A stretch of DNA of 64,000 nucleotides from an uncultured Eubacteriales bacterium (GTDB taxonomy: Bacteria; Bacillota; Clostridia; TANB77; CAG-508), in assembly GCA_948443845.1 (NCBI GenBank), contig CAOJUE010000006.1, positions 8,720-72,719 of the forward strand. Direction: 5' to 3'. The notes beneath the pieces were generated by a model. The model did no database searches, was not told where the DNA came from, and saw nothing but the letters and a program-made list of their open reading frames with translations. The position numbers and the translations under genes are program-made. Shown here piece after piece: positions 1 to 10,292 of the stretch (positions are counted from its first letter, which is position 1; each line of letters begins with the position of its first letter).

Positions 1-2
1 TA

Positions 3-530
3 GAAACGTATGAAGAAATTGATAAATTAGTGAAAAAGGGGAAAGTTAAGTATATTTCTGCAAGTAATACAAGCTTGGAGACTTTGAAAGAATTACAAAG
101 TCATTTCAAACTATTTAGTTTTGAAGGTGTTTACAATTTAGAATGCAAATATTACGAAAATATTGGTTTGCTTGATTTTTGCAAAGAAAATAATATTCGA
201 TTTGTGTGTTATCAGGCACTTAGAAGAAATAATATTGCAAAAATGAATTATCCATTTTTAGTAGAAATGGCAAAAAAATATGACAAAACGCAAAATCAAA
301 TTTTGCTAAATTGGCTAATCAAAGAAAAAGGCTTGCATACGATTATCAAAACCAATACGATACAAAATATTGATAGCAATTTATCTGCCTTAGATTTCAC
401 ATTAGAAGTTGAAGACAGAGAAAAATTAAATGCGTTCCAAGACCAAAGGTTTAACCAAATTGAGATTGATTGGGAAAATCAAGGTGGGATTACGATTGAT
501 AAATTGGCGAGTCAATTTAAAATTGATTAA
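3..530 (+). CDS. aldo/keto reductase family protein, C-terminal part (5' end outside window)
   Basis: Frame is open from base 3 (ETYEEIDKLVKKGKVKYISASN...), which resembles the AKR 'GK(V/I)RxIGVSN' region. The listed ORF 30..530 is the same frame. Confidence 0.7.
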   Translation, partial: ETYEEIDKLVKKGKVKYISASNTSLETLKELQSHFKLFSFEGVYNLECKYYENIGLLDFCKENNIRFVCYQALRRNNIAKMNYPFLVEMAKKYDKTQNQILLNWLIKEKGLHTIIKTNTIQNIDSNLSALDFTLEVEDREKLNAFQDQRFNQIEIDWENQGGITIDKLASQFKID

Positions 531-549
531 TTTTTGAAAGGAGAATCAA

Positions 550-1548
550 ATGAAAATTTTAGTCACAGGAGGTTTGGGATTTTTAGGGTCTCATATTTGT
601 GTAGAATTATTGGAAAATAATGATGAAGTGGTTGTTGTGGACAATTTGTTTAATAGCAAAATGGAGGTAAAGGATAAAATTCAAGAAATCACAGGAAAAG
701 AAATAAAGGTTTACATTGGCGATTGCGCTGATGAAATATTGATGGACAAGGTTTTTCTTGAGAATGCAATTGATAGTGTTATTCATTGTGCTGGCTTAAA
801 AGCAGTCGGAGAATCAGTTGAAAAACCAGTTTGGTACTATCAAACTAATTTAGGAACAACTTTGAATTTATTGAAAGTTATGCAAAACCATCAGTGCAAA
901 AAAATCATTTTTAGTTCAACAGCAACGGTTTATGGTGTCCCAGAAAAACCACAAGTTGACGAAACATTCGAAACAGGCAAAACGACAAATCCATATGCTA
1001 CTTCAAAGTATATGATTGAAAGAATTTTGGAAGATGTTTATGTGTCTGACAAGACTTGGAGCATTGGAATTTTGAGATATTTCAATCCAATTGGCGCTCA
1101 CAAAAGTGGCTTAATTGGAGAAGAGCCAAATGGAATTCCGAATAATTTAATGCCTTATATTTTGAAAGTTGCCAAAGGAGAATTGCCTGTTTTAAGCGTA
1201 TTTGGAGATGACTATGATACGCCAGATGGAACAGGAGTGCGAGATTATATTCATGTGGTTGATTTAGCTAAGGCTCATTTGAAAGCAGTAAATAAGTTGA
1301 AGGAAGGTGCTGGAATTTATAAGTATAATCTTGGAACTGGGATTGGTTATAGTGTTTTGGATATTATTCGCAATTTTGAGAAAGTGAATGGAATTAAGGT
1401 TAATTACAAGATAGCGCCAAGAAGAGCTGGAGATGTGGCAGCGTGCTATTCTAATCCTGCGAAAGCAGAGCGTGAGATGGGGTGGAAGGCTGAGAAGAAT
1501 ATTGAAGATATGTGCAAAGATGCTTGGAATTTTGCTAAAAATAAATAG
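550..1548 (+). CDS. galE: UDP-glucose 4-epimerase
   Basis: 332 aa. N-terminal Rossmann motif MKILVTGGLGFLGSH, YxxxK (YATSKYMIE), and GalE-like sequence throughout. RBS GGAG lies upstream. Confidence 0.93.
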   Translation: MKILVTGGLGFLGSHICVELLENNDEVVVVDNLFNSKMEVKDKIQEITGKEIKVYIGDCADEILMDKVFLENAIDSVIHCAGLKAVGESVEKPVWYYQTNLGTTLNLLKVMQNHQCKKIIFSSTATVYGVPEKPQVDETFETGKTTNPYATSKYMIERILEDVYVSDKTWSIGILRYFNPIGAHKSGLIGEEPNGIPNNLMPYILKVAKGELPVLSVFGDDYDTPDGTGVRDYIHVVDLAKAHLKAVNKLKEGAGIYKYNLGTGIGYSVLDIIRNFEKVNGIKVNYKIAPRRAGDVAACYSNPAKAEREMGWKAEKNIEDMCKDAWNFAKNK

Positions 1549-1550
1549 AA

Positions 1551-2468
1551 ATGAGAAAATGGATGAGAGTTGCGGTTATTGTTGTTGAATTTAACGATGC
1601 GGAAGAAACGATAAGGTATGTAAGAGAAATTCAAACTTATCAAAATATACAGCGAATTGTAGTGGTAGATAATCATTCTACGGTTTTAAATACGGTTAGT
1701 CTCCTAAAGGAAAATCAAAATGAAAAAGTAGTGGTTTTGCAATCGGATAAGAATGGGGGCTATAATTATGGGAACAATTTGGGAATAAAATATTTGCAAG
1801 AGCAAAAAGAAGAATACGATTATTTTATTATTTCTAATCCAGATATCAAAATCGAAGAGAAGGCAATTGAGCGATGTTTGCAAGTTTTGGAGAGAGATGA
1901 AAAAGTTGCTGTTGTGGCGCCAAGAATGTATGATGCTAACAATCAGCCAATTCGTAGAAGTAGTTGGAAAATAAGGACATTTTGGCGAGATGTGATTCAT
2001 TCCACAAGACTTTTAGAGGTGTTTTTTTATTCGCAATTACGTAATGGTGAATATAGCCAAAAAGAATATTCTAAAGGATTGCTCGAAGTTGAGGCGATTT
2101 CTGGTGCGTTTTTTATCATAAAACGTGAAGTATTGGAACAAATTGGGGAGTTTGATGAAAATGTCTTTTTGTTTTATGAAGAGGATATTTTGGCTCAAAA
2201 ACTAAAGGAAAAAGGTTATAAAACCATAAGCGTAAATGATGTTAAATTCATTCATTATGAGAGCCGAACGATTGGAAAAACGCTGAGTTATTATCGCAAA
2301 ATGAGGGAATTGCAGAAAAGTAAAATGTACTATCATGAAAAGTATAATCATATCAATAAAATACAGAGTTTTTTCTTGCAAGTGTTAAATATTTGCAGAA
2401 AAATAGAATTAATTTTTGAAATTCCGATTCGAAAAATAGGAAAAAGTAAGGAGAAATCAGATGTATAA
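1551..2468 (+). CDS. family 2 glycosyltransferase (rhamnosyltransferase-like)
   Basis: VAVIVVEFN...VVDNHS...ISNPDI are typical GT2 motifs. Tightly packed between galE and ispG. The start could instead be the ATG at 1563. Confidence 0.8.
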   Translation: MRKWMRVAVIVVEFNDAEETIRYVREIQTYQNIQRIVVVDNHSTVLNTVSLLKENQNEKVVVLQSDKNGGYNYGNNLGIKYLQEQKEEYDYFIISNPDIKIEEKAIERCLQVLERDEKVAVVAPRMYDANNQPIRRSSWKIRTFWRDVIHSTRLLEVFFYSQLRNGEYSQKEYSKGLLEVEAISGAFFIIKREVLEQIGEFDENVFLFYEEDILAQKLKEKGYKTISVNDVKFIHYESRTIGKTLSYYRKMRELQKSKMYYHEKYNHINKIQSFFLQVLNICRKIELIFEIPIRKIGKSKEKSDV

Positions 2469-3519
2469 ACGTACTCAAACGAAATCAATTCAAGTTGCAG
2501 GAACCCAAATAGGTGGGCAAAATAAGGTTGTAATTCAATCGATGTGTAACACGAAAACCAAAGATATAAAATCTACAGTAGAGCAAATTTTAAATTTAGA
2601 AAAAGTAGGTTGCGAGATTATCCGCGTTGCTTGCCTTGATTTAGAAGATGCTAAAGCGATTGCTGAAATTAAGCAACAAATTCATATTCCCATTGTGAGC
2701 GATATTCATTTTGACTATAAAATTGCGCTACAAGCTATCCAAAGTGGTGTTGATAAAATTCGAATTAATCCTGGAAATATCGGAGACGAAGAAAAAACAA
2801 GAGCTGTTGTAGAAGCATGTCAAGAAAAACAAATTCCAATTCGAATTGGTGTCAATAGTGGGTCTTTGGAAAAAGAATTGCTAGAAAAATATAAAAAACC
2901 TTGTGTAGAAGCCATGATTGAAAGTGCGAAACGTCATGTACAAATCTTAGAAAAACTGAATTTTTATGATATTGCGATTTCACTAAAAGCTTCTAATTTA
3001 GATATGTGTGTAGAAGCTTATGAAAAGGCATCTCAAGAATTTCCATACCCACTTCATTTAGGGATTACAGAGGCAGGAACAGCTTTTAGTGGAACTATCA
3101 AATCTAGCATAGGACTTGGAATTCTTCTAAAACAAGGAATTGGTGATACAATTCGTGTTTCTTTATCAGAGGATCCAATGGAAGAAATTTATGTTTGCAA
3201 GGAAATCCTAAAAAATTGCGGACTGTATTCAAAAAGTCCTAAATTAATATCTTGCCCAACCTGTGGAAGAACACAGTATAATATGATTCCAATTGCCAAA
3301 GAAATGGAAAAATTTTTGCAAACGTTGGAAGCAGATATTACGGTTGCGATTATGGGCTGTAGTGTGAATGGTCCAGGAGAGGCAAAAGAGGCTGATATTG
3401 GCATTGCTGGTGGAAATGGAGAGGCTTTGTTGTTCCAAAAAGGAGAAATTATACGAAAAATCAAGGAAGACAATCTGGTAGAGGAATTGAAAAAGGAAAT
3501 TTTGGCAATGATTGAATAA
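2461..3519 (+). CDS. ispG: 4-hydroxy-3-methylbut-2-en-1-yl diphosphate synthase
   Basis: 352 aa. IQSMCNTKT, RINPGNIG and the C-terminal CPTCGR...GCSVNGPGE cluster motifs are typical of IspG/GcpE. Confidence 0.93.
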   Translation: MYKRTQTKSIQVAGTQIGGQNKVVIQSMCNTKTKDIKSTVEQILNLEKVGCEIIRVACLDLEDAKAIAEIKQQIHIPIVSDIHFDYKIALQAIQSGVDKIRINPGNIGDEEKTRAVVEACQEKQIPIRIGVNSGSLEKELLEKYKKPCVEAMIESAKRHVQILEKLNFYDIAISLKASNLDMCVEAYEKASQEFPYPLHLGITEAGTAFSGTIKSSIGLGILLKQGIGDTIRVSLSEDPMEEIYVCKEILKNCGLYSKSPKLISCPTCGRTQYNMIPIAKEMEKFLQTLEADITVAIMGCSVNGPGEAKEADIGIAGGNGEALLFQKGEIIRKIKEDNLVEELKKEILAMIE

Positions 3520-3615
3520 TTTTTACATATTTTAACAAATTACTTGCAAAATTTTTTAGAATGTGTATATAATAGAAACGTAAAATGAGAATAGAATTTA
3601 GGAGGGGAAATAAAA

Positions 3616-4737
3616 ATGAAAAAAATTGCGATACTTACCAATGGAGGAGATGCTCCAGGGCTTAATGCAGTCATAAGAGCAATTGTGAAAACTGCTGAAA
3701 CGAACGGAATAGAAGCTTATGGATTTATTGAAGGATACAAAGGCTTACTAAATAATGATTATGTAAGATTAGATCCAAATGGCAATGCTTCAGGCATTTT
3801 GGACAAGGGTGGAACGATTATTGGAACTTCCAATAATACCAATGTGTTTAATTATAAAGTTGTTAAAGAAGATGGAACGGTTGAATATCAAGATTTATCA
3901 GATAAATGCGTTGAAAATATTCGTAATGCTGGATTTGAATGTATCTTCACATTAGGAGGAGACGGAACCCAAAAATCAAGTCGAGATTTTTGCCTAAAAG
4001 GTGTGAATTGCATTGGTGTTCCTAAAACAATAGATAATGATGTGGCTCATACGGAGACAACTTTTGGCTATAATACAGCTGTATCGGTTGCTATGGAAGC
4101 ATTGGATAGACTTCACACAACAGCGAGCGCACATCATAGAGTTTTAACTTTGGAAGTAATGGGAAGATATGCAGGTTGGATTGCCTTAGAATCTGCCATA
4201 GCAGGTGGTGCAGATGTTGCCTTAATTCCAGAAATTCCATATGATATTAATAAAGTGGTTGAAAAAATTGAAAGAAGAAAACAAAATGGAAAAGCGTTCA
4301 GTATTGTCGTTGTATCAGAAGGTGCGAAACCAAAGGATGGAGAAATCAGCATCAAAAAAGTATTAGATGATGGTGCAGGACTTGATAATATTCGTCTTGG
4401 TGGAGCCGGAGAATTGGTGGCTGACCAAATTGAAAAATTGACAGGAATGACAACAAGAAATACAGTTCTAGGTTATGTTCAAAGAGGTGGAACGCCAACC
4501 TCATTTGACAGAGTTTTGTCAACAAGATATGGTGTCAAAGCGATGGAACTTGCGATGCAAGGAATTTTCAAAGTGCTAGTAACCTATAAAGGTGGAGAAA
4601 TGGGATATGTTGATTTAGATGATGTTGTTGGAAGAGATGCCAAAGTAGGGGCGGCTTCTAGCAAAAATCGTACGGTTCCATTAGACCATGATTTGGTAAA
4701 AGTGGCAAGAGAACTTGGAATGTGTTTGGGAGATTAA
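3616..4737 (+). CDS. pfkA: 6-phosphofructokinase
   Basis: MKKIAILTNGGDAPGLNAVIRA, LGGDGT and PKTIDND motifs. RBS GGAGGGG. Promoter-like TTGCAA (3544)-18 nt-TATAAT (3568). Confidence 0.9.
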   Translation: MKKIAILTNGGDAPGLNAVIRAIVKTAETNGIEAYGFIEGYKGLLNNDYVRLDPNGNASGILDKGGTIIGTSNNTNVFNYKVVKEDGTVEYQDLSDKCVENIRNAGFECIFTLGGDGTQKSSRDFCLKGVNCIGVPKTIDNDVAHTETTFGYNTAVSVAMEALDRLHTTASAHHRVLTLEVMGRYAGWIALESAIAGGADVALIPEIPYDINKVVEKIERRKQNGKAFSIVVVSEGAKPKDGEISIKKVLDDGAGLDNIRLGGAGELVADQIEKLTGMTTRNTVLGYVQRGGTPTSFDRVLSTRYGVKAMELAMQGIFKVLVTYKGGEMGYVDLDDVVGRDAKVGAASSKNRTVPLDHDLVKVARELGMCLGD

Positions 4738-4740
4738 AAG

Positions 4741-4840
4741 AGCGTGAAAAATTTTACGAAGTAAAATTTTGCTCGCTTATCAATATTGAAGATATTAAAT
4801 AAAATATTTTGGATATTAGGTAGAAATATCTTTAATATTA
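4741..4840 (+). repeat. hairpin-plus-tail intergenic element, copy A (also the pfkA terminator region)
   Basis: Hairpin AAAATTTTAC-GAA-GTAAAATTTT, then GCTCGCTTATC, AGATATTAAATAAAATAT and AAATATCTTTAATATT. The modules recur at 37664-37750. Confidence 0.5.
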
Positions 4841-4888
4841 GATAAAAACTGACAGGCAAAAAATGCTTGTCAGTTTTTTATGCTGTTT

Positions 4889-5764
4889 TTAGGGTTTGGC
4901 AAAATCCGGAAGTTCGTCGTAATATTCGATATTATCTTTATCAAATGGATTCAAAAGGATAAATTTATCAACCGAATATTTCCCAAGAAAATGTTCCTGT
5001 TTATACGAAACATATACAAAATAAGGGTTATATTCATCATCTACCGTAACGCCAATGTCTTTGATATTCTTAGCTCTCAAATTAATGGGGCTTCCGATAG
5101 TGAGAAAGGTTGCACCACTTCCTACTCTTGGATAATCAATTGTAACTGCTTGGTCATTTTCAATAACAAAAATACGACAGTTTGACCCTGAATATACAAT
5201 ATATTTTCCATTTACACGGAAGACTTTTTTGATGGTACAGTTTCGTATAGCATTAAAGTCTTTCCCAGAAAGATAAAAAACTTCCTTTGCAAACATTTCA
5301 GAAGACTCAAGTGTTTCATACTTCGGAACACTTGCTGAGCGAAATTGGATATTATCTACGGCAAATAAAAGCAGATAAATCAAAAAGCTGACTTTCCAAA
5401 AAAATAATACTTTTTTGATGATTGCATTAGGCAAGAAATCGTTTAATGGTTTGTATACCAACCGAAAAAAGTATGCTATCATGAAACCACCCAATATTCC
5501 ACCACTGAACAGAGAAACGCCTCTACTTGAAAATACAAGCAAGATAAAGGAACAGAAAGCTGTTGTAAGAAAAGCAATTCTCTGAGCTGGTATGTAAGCA
5601 TAATGGGGAAAATCCTTTAAAAAAGGTTCTTCTTTAAGCTTGCTCCAGTCTCGAAAAATAATTCTTTTACCTTTCAGCATAATATTCTGCCGAAGAAATC
5701 GTGGCGAACTAAACCATGTTCCCAAAAACCCTAAAAGTAAACTTAAAATAATCATTTTCAGCAT
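4889..5764 (-). CDS. hypothetical membrane protein
   Basis: 291-aa ORF with an N-terminal hydrophobic segment, several TM-like stretches and RBS AGGAGG upstream. I recognise no family. Contains two in-frame CGG codons (5464-5462, 5692-5690) that must be read in frame. Confidence 0.55.
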   Translation of the reverse strand: MLKMIILSLLLGFLGTWFSSPRFLRQNIMLKGKRIIFRDWSKLKEEPFLKDFPHYAYIPAQRIAFLTTAFCSFILLVFSSRGVSLFSGGILGGFMIAYFFRLVYKPLNDFLPNAIIKKVLFFWKVSFLIYLLLFAVDNIQFRSASVPKYETLESSEMFAKEVFYLSGKDFNAIRNCTIKKVFRVNGKYIVYSGSNCRIFVIENDQAVTIDYPRVGSGATFLTIGSPINLRAKNIKDIGVTVDDEYNPYFVYVSYKQEHFLGKYSVDKFILLNPFDKDNIEYYDELPDFAKP

Positions 5765-6043
5765 AAATATTCCTCCTTTGAAATATGCTTTTTTAGTTAC
5801 AGTTGCTAAGGTTTACGAGTGACAAAACTAAAAAGTTTCGGAAGAAAAAACAGTCCTAATTCTAATTAGTAATTAAAAAATAAACAAAATATCCTATTAT
5901 AATGATAACATAAAATTTGGAAAAAATCAAGTCTTGGAAAACATAATTTTTGCAGTATTTCATAAAAAACACTTGATTTTTATAAAATTTATGATATAAT
6001 AGCAAAGCTATGTAAAATTTAGAAAAATTTTGGAGGAAATAAA

Positions 6044-7435
6044 ATGAGTGTTAAAGTTGAAAAGACAGATAACAAAAATGAATTAAAATTAGAATTTACA
6101 ATAGAAGCAAAAGTATTCCAAGATGGTATGAATACAGTTTACAAGAAAAATGCCAAATATTTTAATGTACCAGGATTTCGAAAAGGAAAAGTTCCAATGA
6201 ACATGGTAGAAAAATTCTATGGTTCTGAAATATTTTATGAGGATACATTTAATGAAATTGTGCCAGAGATTTATGAAAATGCTTTAAAAGACGAAAAAAT
6301 TGAAGCAGTTAGTCGTCCTGAAATTGACATTTCTCAAATGGAAAAAGGAAAAGATTTAATTTTTACAGCCGTTGTGCAAACAAAACCAGAAGTAAAATTA
6401 GGAAAATATAAAGGAATTTCTTTAGAAAAAAATACATACGAAGTAACAGACGAAACAATCGAGCATGAATTAGAGCATATGGCTGATAGAAATTCAAGAA
6501 TGGTAACGGTAACAGACAGAGCTGCTAAATTAGAAGATACGGTTGTTATTGATTTTTGCGGTTCGGTTGACGGAAAAGAATTTGAAGGCGGAAAAGCAGA
6601 AAATCATGAATTGAAATTGGGAAGCAATACTTTTATTCCAGGTTTTGAGGACCAAGTGGTTGGCATGAAAACAGACGAAGAAAAAGATATTAACGTAAAA
6701 TTCCCTGATGAATATTTCTCAAAAGATTTGGCTGGAAAAGATGCGGTGTTTAAAGTAAAAGTTCACGAAATCAAAGAAAAAGAATTACCAAAAATCGATG
6801 ACGAATTTGCCAAAGATGTTAGTGAATTCGATACATTAAAAGAATTAAAAGCAGATATCAAAGCAAAACAAGAAGAACAAAATGCACAAAGAAGTAAAAA
6901 TGAATTACAAGAAGTCGCAGTTAAAGCCGTTGCAGATTTGACAGAAGTGGACATTCCATCAGGAATGATTGAAACCGAAATCGATAACATGGTGCAAGAT
7001 ATGGACAATCGTTTGGCATATCAAGGAATTCGTTTGGAACAATATTTGAAAATGGTTGGAAAATCCATGGAAGATTACAGAAAAGAAAACGAAGAACCAG
7101 CCAAGGAATCCGTAAAAATGAGATTGGTTTTGGAAGCTGTTTCAAAAGATGCAAAAATTGAAGTAACCGACAAAGAAATGGAAGAAAAAATCAAAGAATT
7201 GGCAACAGCGTATGGTAGAAAAGAAGAAGAATTGATGAAAAATGAAGAATTGAAGAAAAATATTGAAGCAAGCATCAAATCCGAAAAATCAATTGATTAT
7301 ATCATTGACAATGCAAACGTAACAGAAAATTCTCCAAAGGTTGAAAAAAAGGAAAGTAAACCAAAAGTAGAAAAGAAAGAAACGAAAAAAACAACAACGA
7401 AGAAAAACACAAAAAAAGAAGAAGAAGCCAAATAA
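6044..7435 (+). CDS. tig: trigger factor
   Basis: 463 aa. GFRKGKVP motif, a FKBP-like middle region and a K/E-rich tail. Conserved tig-clpP-clpX order. Confidence 0.93.
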   Translation: MSVKVEKTDNKNELKLEFTIEAKVFQDGMNTVYKKNAKYFNVPGFRKGKVPMNMVEKFYGSEIFYEDTFNEIVPEIYENALKDEKIEAVSRPEIDISQMEKGKDLIFTAVVQTKPEVKLGKYKGISLEKNTYEVTDETIEHELEHMADRNSRMVTVTDRAAKLEDTVVIDFCGSVDGKEFEGGKAENHELKLGSNTFIPGFEDQVVGMKTDEEKDINVKFPDEYFSKDLAGKDAVFKVKVHEIKEKELPKIDDEFAKDVSEFDTLKELKADIKAKQEEQNAQRSKNELQEVAVKAVADLTEVDIPSGMIETEIDNMVQDMDNRLAYQGIRLEQYLKMVGKSMEDYRKENEEPAKESVKMRLVLEAVSKDAKIEVTDKEMEEKIKELATAYGRKEEELMKNEELKKNIEASIKSEKSIDYIIDNANVTENSPKVEKKESKPKVEKKETKKTTTKKNTKKEEEAK

Positions 7436-7442
7436 TTAAGAT

Positions 7443-7470
7443 AAGGTTCCAATTTTGGAACCTTTCTTTG
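7443..7470 (+). terminator. rho-independent terminator after tig
   Basis: AAGGTTCCAA..TTGGAACCTT hairpin followed by a T-rich run. Confidence 0.7.
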
Positions 7471-7677
7471 TTATAGAAATATACTAAAGGAGAAGAAACG
7501 AAGAGGAATACCAAAAACGACAAAATATTATATAAAACGACAAAAACATCAAGAAATATGTCAAAAAATGCGATGATTTTATTCATGAAAACTTTAATTT
7601 TCTTATCAAAATGGCTTGAAAAAAAAATAAAAATGATGTATAGTATGTTATATTATGAAAAAAATAGGAGGAATAAA

Positions 7678-8280
7678 ATGATAGAAAATAGTTTAGTGCC
7701 TTACGTAATCGAGCAAACAAGTAGAGGAGAAAGGTCTTACGATATTTTTTCGAGATTATTAAAAGATAGAATTATATTTTTAGCAGAGGACGTTAATTCT
7801 GCATCAGCAAGTTTGGTGGTGGCTCAGTTGTTGTTTTTGGAGTCGGAAGATCCAGATAAAGAAATTTCGCTTTATATCAATAGCCCTGGTGGTTCTATTA
7901 CGGATGGAATGGCAATTGTTGATACGATTAATTATATCAAGTGTCCGGTATCCACGATTTGCGTGGGAATGGCAGCAAGTATGGGAGCGGTACTTTTGGC
8001 GTCTGGTGAAAAAGGAAAACGTTTTGCGACCCCAAATGCAGAAATTTTGATTCATCAACCATTAATTGGTGGTGGTGGACTTTCTGGTCAAACCACAGAG
8101 ATTAAAATTCATGCTGACCACATGGTTCGAACGAGAGAAAAATTAAACAAATTATTGAGTGAAAGAACTGGTCAAAGTCTTGAAACGATTCAAAAAGATA
8201 CCGAAAGAGATAACTATATGACAGCTCAACAAGCTTTAGAGTATGGCTTAATTGATGGAATTTTAGACAAAAGAAATTAA
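7678..8280 (+). CDS. clpP: ATP-dependent Clp protease proteolytic subunit
   Basis: [28 protein letters not shown]... is a canonical ClpP N-terminus. GGAGG lies 6 nt upstream of the ATG at 7678. The listed ORF start 7558 adds an implausible 40-aa extension. Confidence 0.93.
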   Translation: MIENSLVPYVIEQTSRGERSYDIFSRLLKDRIIFLAEDVNSASASLVVAQLLFLESEDPDKEISLYINSPGGSITDGMAIVDTINYIKCPVSTICVGMAASMGAVLLASGEKGKRFATPNAEILIHQPLIGGGGLSGQTTEIKIHADHMVRTREKLNKLLSERTGQSLETIQKDTERDNYMTAQQALEYGLIDGILDKRN

Positions 8281-8316
8281 AAAATAATCATCTTAAAATA
8301 AGAAAGGATTAAGAAA

Positions 8317-9615
8317 ATGCCAAAAGGTCAAGAGAGAAATGTAAAATGTTCGTTTTGTGGAAAACCACAAGAAGTTGTGAAAAAGATAATTGCGGGACCA
8401 AGTGGAGTTTTTATTTGTGATGAATGTGTAGGACTATGTCAAGACATCATTGAAGAGGAAGTTTATGATGAAGAAGATATTGTTGAACAAGTAGAAATGC
8501 CAACTCCGGCTGAAATTAAGAAAATTTTAGATGAATATGTGATTGGGCAAGAAGAAGCGAAAAAAACTTTGTCTGTAGCGGTTTATAACCATTATAAGCG
8601 AATTAACAATTTAGAATTTATGGATGATGTAGAAATCCAAAAAAGCAATATTTTGTTACTAGGACCAACTGGTTGTGGAAAAACGTTGCTTGCACAAACT
8701 TTGGCAAAAATTCTAAATGTTCCTTTTGCAATAGCAGATGCTACAACGCTTACAGAAGCAGGGTATGTGGGGGAAGATGTTGAAAATATTCTTCTGAAAC
8801 TACTTCAAGCAGCCAATTTTGATACGGAAAAAGCACAAAAAGGAATTATTTATATTGATGAAATTGATAAAATCACGAGAAAATCAGAGAATCCTTCTAT
8901 TACAAGGGATGTAAGCGGTGAGGGAGTTCAACAGGCACTTCTTAAAATTATTGAGGGAACAGTTGCCTCTGTTCCGCCACAGGGTGGTAGAAAGCATCCA
9001 CACCAGGAATTTTTGCAGATTGATACTTCGAATATTTTATTCATTTGTGGTGGGGCGTTTGAAGGTTTGGAAAATATTATCAAAGATCGTGTTGGTCAGA
9101 AATCAATGGGATTTGGGGCGAAAATTGAAAGCAAAAAAGATATGAACAAAACGGAAATATTCAAGAAAATATTACCACAAGATTTGCTAAAGTTTGGCTT
9201 GATTCCAGAGTTTGTTGGAAGACTTCCGATTACAGCTACGTTAGAAGGATTAACAAGAGAGGCTTTAATTGACATTGTAACAAAACCAAAAAATGCGTTA
9301 GTAAAGCAATATAAAAAATTGGTAGAATTAGATGGCGTAGAACTAGAATTTGAGCCAGATGCTTTGCAAGTGATTGTGGATAAAGCGATTGAAAGAAATA
9401 CAGGAGCCAGAGGGTTACGTTCGATTATTGAGGAAATTATGCGTGATATTATGTATGATATTCCGTCCAATCAAAAAATTGCAAAATGTATTATTACGAA
9501 GGAAACCGTGGAATCTAAGAGTTTGCCGAAATTAGTGATTGATGAAAATAAAAAGCGTGAGCCAATGAAAATTAAGAAAAAGATTAAAAATGCGAAAAAA
9601 GAAGAAACGGCTTAA
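8317..9615 (+). CDS. clpX: ATP-dependent Clp protease ATP-binding subunit ClpX
   Basis: N-terminal zinc ribbon CSFCGK...CDEC, Walker A GPTGCGKT and Walker [10 protein letters not shown]. Confidence 0.95.
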   Translation: MPKGQERNVKCSFCGKPQEVVKKIIAGPSGVFICDECVGLCQDIIEEEVYDEEDIVEQVEMPTPAEIKKILDEYVIGQEEAKKTLSVAVYNHYKRINNLEFMDDVEIQKSNILLLGPTGCGKTLLAQTLAKILNVPFAIADATTLTEAGYVGEDVENILLKLLQAANFDTEKAQKGIIYIDEIDKITRKSENPSITRDVSGEGVQQALLKIIEGTVASVPPQGGRKHPHQEFLQIDTSNILFICGGAFEGLENIIKDRVGQKSMGFGAKIESKKDMNKTEIFKKILPQDLLKFGLIPEFVGRLPITATLEGLTREALIDIVTKPKNALVKQYKKLVELDGVELEFEPDALQVIVDKAIERNTGARGLRSIIEEIMRDIMYDIPSNQKIAKCIITKETVESKSLPKLVIDENKKREPMKIKKKIKNAKKEETA

Positions 9616-9628
9616 AAAGGGAGATGGA

Positions 9629-10147
9629 ATGGAATTTTTAGAATTAGTTCAAAAAAGATATTCTTGTAGAGAGTTTTCTGCGAAAGAAGTTGAAAAAGAG
9701 AAAATTGAAAAAGTGTTAGAAACAGGAAGATTAGCGCCAACGGCTTGTAATTTTCAACCACAAAAAATTTTAGTTGTAACCGACCACGAAAAAAGAGAAA
9801 AATTAAAAGAATGCACACGATTTACATTTGATGCGCCAGTGATTTTGGTAGTATGTTATAATAAAGAGGAATCTTGGAAAAGAAAATACGATGGGCAAGA
9901 TGAAGGAATTGTGGATTGCAGTATTGTCTCAACCCATATGATGTTGCAAATTCAAGAATTGGGAATGGGTTCAACTTGGGTTGGTTCATTTGATCCGATG
10001 AAAGCAAGAGAAATTTTGAAAATTCCTGAAAACTTGGAAATTGTTAATTTGTTGCCATTTGGTTATCCTGCAGAAAACAATGTTCCTAGTCAAATGCATG
10101 AGAAACGAAAAGTTATGAGTGAAATTGCTTTTTGGAATGAATTTTAG
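9629..10147 (+). CDS. nitroreductase family protein
   Basis: MEFLELVQKRYSCREF is a typical nitroreductase N-terminus. The internal ATG at 9629 follows GGGAGATGG. The listed 9590 start overlaps the clpX tail. Confidence 0.8.
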   Translation: MEFLELVQKRYSCREFSAKEVEKEKIEKVLETGRLAPTACNFQPQKILVVTDHEKREKLKECTRFTFDAPVILVVCYNKEESWKRKYDGQDEGIVDCSIVSTHMMLQIQELGMGSTWVGSFDPMKAREILKIPENLEIVNLLPFGYPAENNVPSQMHEKRKVMSEIAFWNEF

Positions 10148-10153
10148 AAGAAG

Positions 10154-10184
10154 AAATCCTTACTTATAAAGTAAGGATTTTTTG
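10154..10184 (+). terminator. rho-independent terminator
   Basis: AAATCCTTAC-loop-GTAAGGATTT followed by TTTT. Confidence 0.75.
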
Positions 10185-10232
10185 ATGAAGAAAAAGATGT
10201 CGAAAAAGGTCGAACGAAAAGGAAAATTTTAC

Positions 10233-10261
10233 TTGCAATTAGAAGTTAAATATGTTAAGAT
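10233..10261 (+). promoter_or_regulatory. sigma-A-like promoter of coiled-coil gene, copy 1
   Basis: TTGCAA (10233-10238), 17-nt spacer, TAAGAT (10256-10261). Same architecture as 14841-14869. Confidence 0.55.
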
Positions 10262-10292
10262 ATGGGTAATTTAGAGGAAAGGAGGGAGAAGT

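Noticed and set aside
7513-7560. Direct repeat AAAACGACAAAA (two copies) and a GTCAAA-like sequence in the clpP leader as a CtsR operator.
   Set aside because: It does not match the tandem heptad (A/G)GTCAAA-N4-(A/G)GTCAAA consensus well enough. It may be chance in A-rich DNA.
7558-7677. N-terminal extensions of the listed ORFs. Examples are clpP from 7558, the nitroreductase from 9590, murD from 16172, uvrA from 21977, the BY-kinase from 37937, cadA from 45048 and the repeat protein from 47628.
   Set aside because: In each case an internal ATG preceded by a good Shine-Dalgarno gives the canonical family N-terminus. The longer versions overlap upstream genes or terminators.
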